Of a DNA stretch of 64,000 nucleotides, positions 61,719-64,000 are shown one piece after another. Location: the NCBI RefSeq assembly GCF_018977255.1, contig NW_024704744.1, positions 69,750,001-69,814,000 on the forward strand. Direction: 5' to 3'. This DNA is from Callorhinchus milii (taxonomy: Eukaryota). Below the pieces are notes generated by a model, which saw only the letters and a list, made by a program, of their open reading frames with translations, made no database searches and was not told the origin of the DNA. A program made the position numbers and the translations under genes. Positions within the stretch are counted from its first letter, which is position 1; every line of letters starts with the position of its first letter.

Positions 61719-62796
61719 GTAATACAGGAATTTTAGGACTTTTGCAGTGTTAAGCATGGTTTCTCGGTGAACACTAATCTTTTATTTTAATATGTCAGCA
61801 TTGGAATTTGGGTTTAACAATGCGTTTAAATTTGTTAATAGCCAGCTTGCATGGTAGGTGATCTGTGTATGTTCATTTTGTAGGGTTAGCATAGGACAGC
61901 CTTGTAATGAACTCTCAAGCATCACCTTTGATGGTTATATTCCAACTTACTAGCTTGTAGCTTTCGATCTATGCCATTACAGCTTCCTCCAGGGGTGGGT
62001 GAAAGCGGGAGGGAGGAGTAGCGGAGAATCTGCTTGGAATTGAGATGACAGAATTATGTCAATCCTCTGTGGTGGGCAGTGAAGTCTGGTTCCTGAGGCA
62101 GCAGGTCTGTAGACTTGAGGGGACTTGTGGATGAGCACAGCCAACCTGATTCATCGGTAGGAAGGGCAGACCAGTCATTTTTAAGGGGCATAAACTCCAA
62201 GCTAAACCCTGTTAACATTACAGATCAAAGCTGTAATGGATAGATTGGTCCTACCTGGATAAGTGGTAGATGTTTTCTGGACAGTATTCTCAATGGTAAG
62301 CTATGTAATTTATAGCTAATTAAACTTCTGCAGTACTCTGACCTGCACTCTTGGGTCCCCAAGTCTCTACTCGTGTCGACCTGTACCTAATGCTCTCTGT
62401 AAGTAGGTTAGCAGGGTGGTTCCTACCAGGCGAAAATGTACATTCTATTCGAGATGCCGGGTTATTTCTGTGTGTTGGTGCACTGTATATCTAGCATGAT
62501 GATGGGTTTTCACACTTGGTTTCTCATGAGGTTATGATCCTCATTATCTATTGATCTCAAACCTTAGCGATTTTACCATCTTGACTGAAGTGTCTATGAT
62601 AGAAGATCAATGTTAAAGAATCAAGAACTTGCCAAAGGTAGGTAATGTAGCTTATAGTTTGATTTACAAGCCCCATAATACTGTACAGCATTGATTTGAT
62701 ACATAATTTTGGAATTTGATTTCAAACAATCTTTATTTTAAAAAAGTGCATCAATCAATGTTATCTATAATCTGCAATATTGTTTTTTTATTGCAG

Positions 62797-62956
62797 GATC
62801 TTTTATACAGGAGAGCCCGAGCTCTGGTTGACTATGAAAATGCAAACAAAGCTCTTGACAAGGCTCGGATGAAGAGTAAAGATGTGAAGCTGGCAGAAAC
62901 ACAGCAGCAACTGTCCTGCCAGAAGTTTGAAAAACTTTCAGCTTCTGCAAAACAAG
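62797..62956 (+). CDS. SNX5: SNX5 exon 11
   Basis: DLLYRRARALVDYENANKALDKARMKSKDVKLAE...FEKLSASAKQ; 160 nt. Confidence 0.95.
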
Positions 62957-63369
62957 GTACGAGTTCCTCATTCCACATCTCCAGCAGAGAAATCAAAGCT
63001 GCTATTCGGGAGTCGAGGTAGTTGGTTGCCTTAGTTCCTTCCTTCCTTGTTTTGATAAATAATCCTTACATTTGGTATAGGGTTAATTAAGTAGGGGATT
63101 TTTATCATGTTAAAAGTTATTGCAATAACAAGTAGCTTGTGAAATGTCATGGAACTATCAAGTAGTAATGTTACTAGCACAACAGTGGAGCTGAGGTGCC
63201 CACCAATAGCATTTAATAGCCTTTAACATCGAACTTGAGGGAATTCCTGTGAAATGCAGCAACTGTGTAATTGTCTGATTTCCTCCCCCCCATCGACATT
63301 GTTTGATTTAGCTTTACATGTTTATTTTTTTCTTTTATTTCCTCCCCTGTTGCTCCTCCCTCAATTCAG

Positions 63370-63455
63370 AGCTAACTGCTTTCAAGGACAGACGAGTGGC
63401 AGCATTCCGTAAAAATCTGGTTGAAATGACTGAGCTGGAGCTAAAACATGCCAAA
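63370..63455 (+). CDS. SNX5: SNX5 exon 12
   Basis: ELTAFKDRRVAAFRKNLVEMTELELKHAK; 86 nt. Confidence 0.95.
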
Positions 63456-63804
63456 GTGAGTAAGCGTATGTCACGGGGTGTTCTGTAAATCAAGTGGTAT
63501 GTTCGGTTCCTTTCAAAACTGCCTGAACTATTATAAGTGGTGTGTGTACACAGTGATTTTGAGGTGGAGGATAGAGATGTGGCATATAGATAAAATGGTG
63601 CTCATGGTTCTCTTCTGCTAATAGTTGCTGATGAAAACTATATTGTCGTGGATTATATTTACACTGCACGCCAGAGGGCGATGTTGCACTTTGTTTGCCG
63701 AACGTGAAGTGTCGGGTCTCATCAAAGCAGGTTCAGTTTGGGTGAATGTTGTGGCTGGTGTTATAAAATGTCACATTAATCTAGTTCATTCCTTTACCTT
63801 TCAG

Positions 63805-63852
63805 AACAAAGCCCAGATGTTACAATGCTGCCTTGATGCATTGAACAATTAG
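63805..63852 (+). CDS. SNX5: SNX5 last coding exon
   Basis: NKAQMLQCCLDALNN* versus human NNVSLLQSCIDLFKNN. The 13 exons sum to 1188 nt. Confidence 0.92.
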   Translation, partial: NKAQMLQCCLDALNN

Positions 63853-64000
63853 TGCCCATGCTGAACTTGGCCCGGCTTCCTCTGAGCGCTGGTATTTGAC
63901 CTGGTGAAGACCGACATGTCACCTGCAGCCAAACTGTTGCACAATGAGCTGCTCAACCGGAACTTTAGTAGCAGGAATAGGTGTGCCTGTATCTATTGTG

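Noticed and set aside
62496-62588. C/D box snoRNA candidate (ATGATGA...CTGA) in SNX5 intron 10
   Set aside because: The flanks do not pair, it lies about 200 nt from the acceptor, and I could identify no target. Boxes this short occur by chance.

Overview
Vertebrate nuclear DNA, most likely a cartilaginous fish. A holocephalan such as an elephant shark or chimaera is inferred only from the dominance of L2 LINEs and tRNA-Ala/Deu-domain SINEs. The window holds the conserved block KAT14(CSRP2BP)/PET117 (-), OVOL2 (+), MGME1 (-) and SNX5 (+). I reconstructed PET117 (2 exons, 85 aa), the first coding exon of KAT14, OVOL2 (4 exons, with an apparent 1-nt frameshift in exon 4), MGME1 (4 coding exons, 348 aa) and SNX5 (13 coding exons, 395 aa), all with GT-AG junctions in consistent phase. 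MGME1 and SNX5 share a bidirectional CpG-rich promoter with ZNF143 motifs. Introns and intergenic DNA carry L2, CR1 and Tx1/L1 fragments, several SINE families, a TA-flanked MITE family and a 2.25-kb A-free minisatellite, and there is one N-gap. The most notable observation is the PET117-KAT14 bicistronic exon: no AUG lies between the two start codons, a second splice acceptor sits between the cistrons, inverted SINEs flank the exon, and a U-less CA-rich repeat lies in the upstream intron. Also notable are the OVOL2 frameshift, a perfect 35-bp hairpin upstream of OVOL2, intronic hairpins and inverted SINE pairs in SNX5, and a degenerate minimal hammerhead ribozyme motif. Gene and repeat identities come from recalled sequences, not database searches, and repeat boundaries are approximate.
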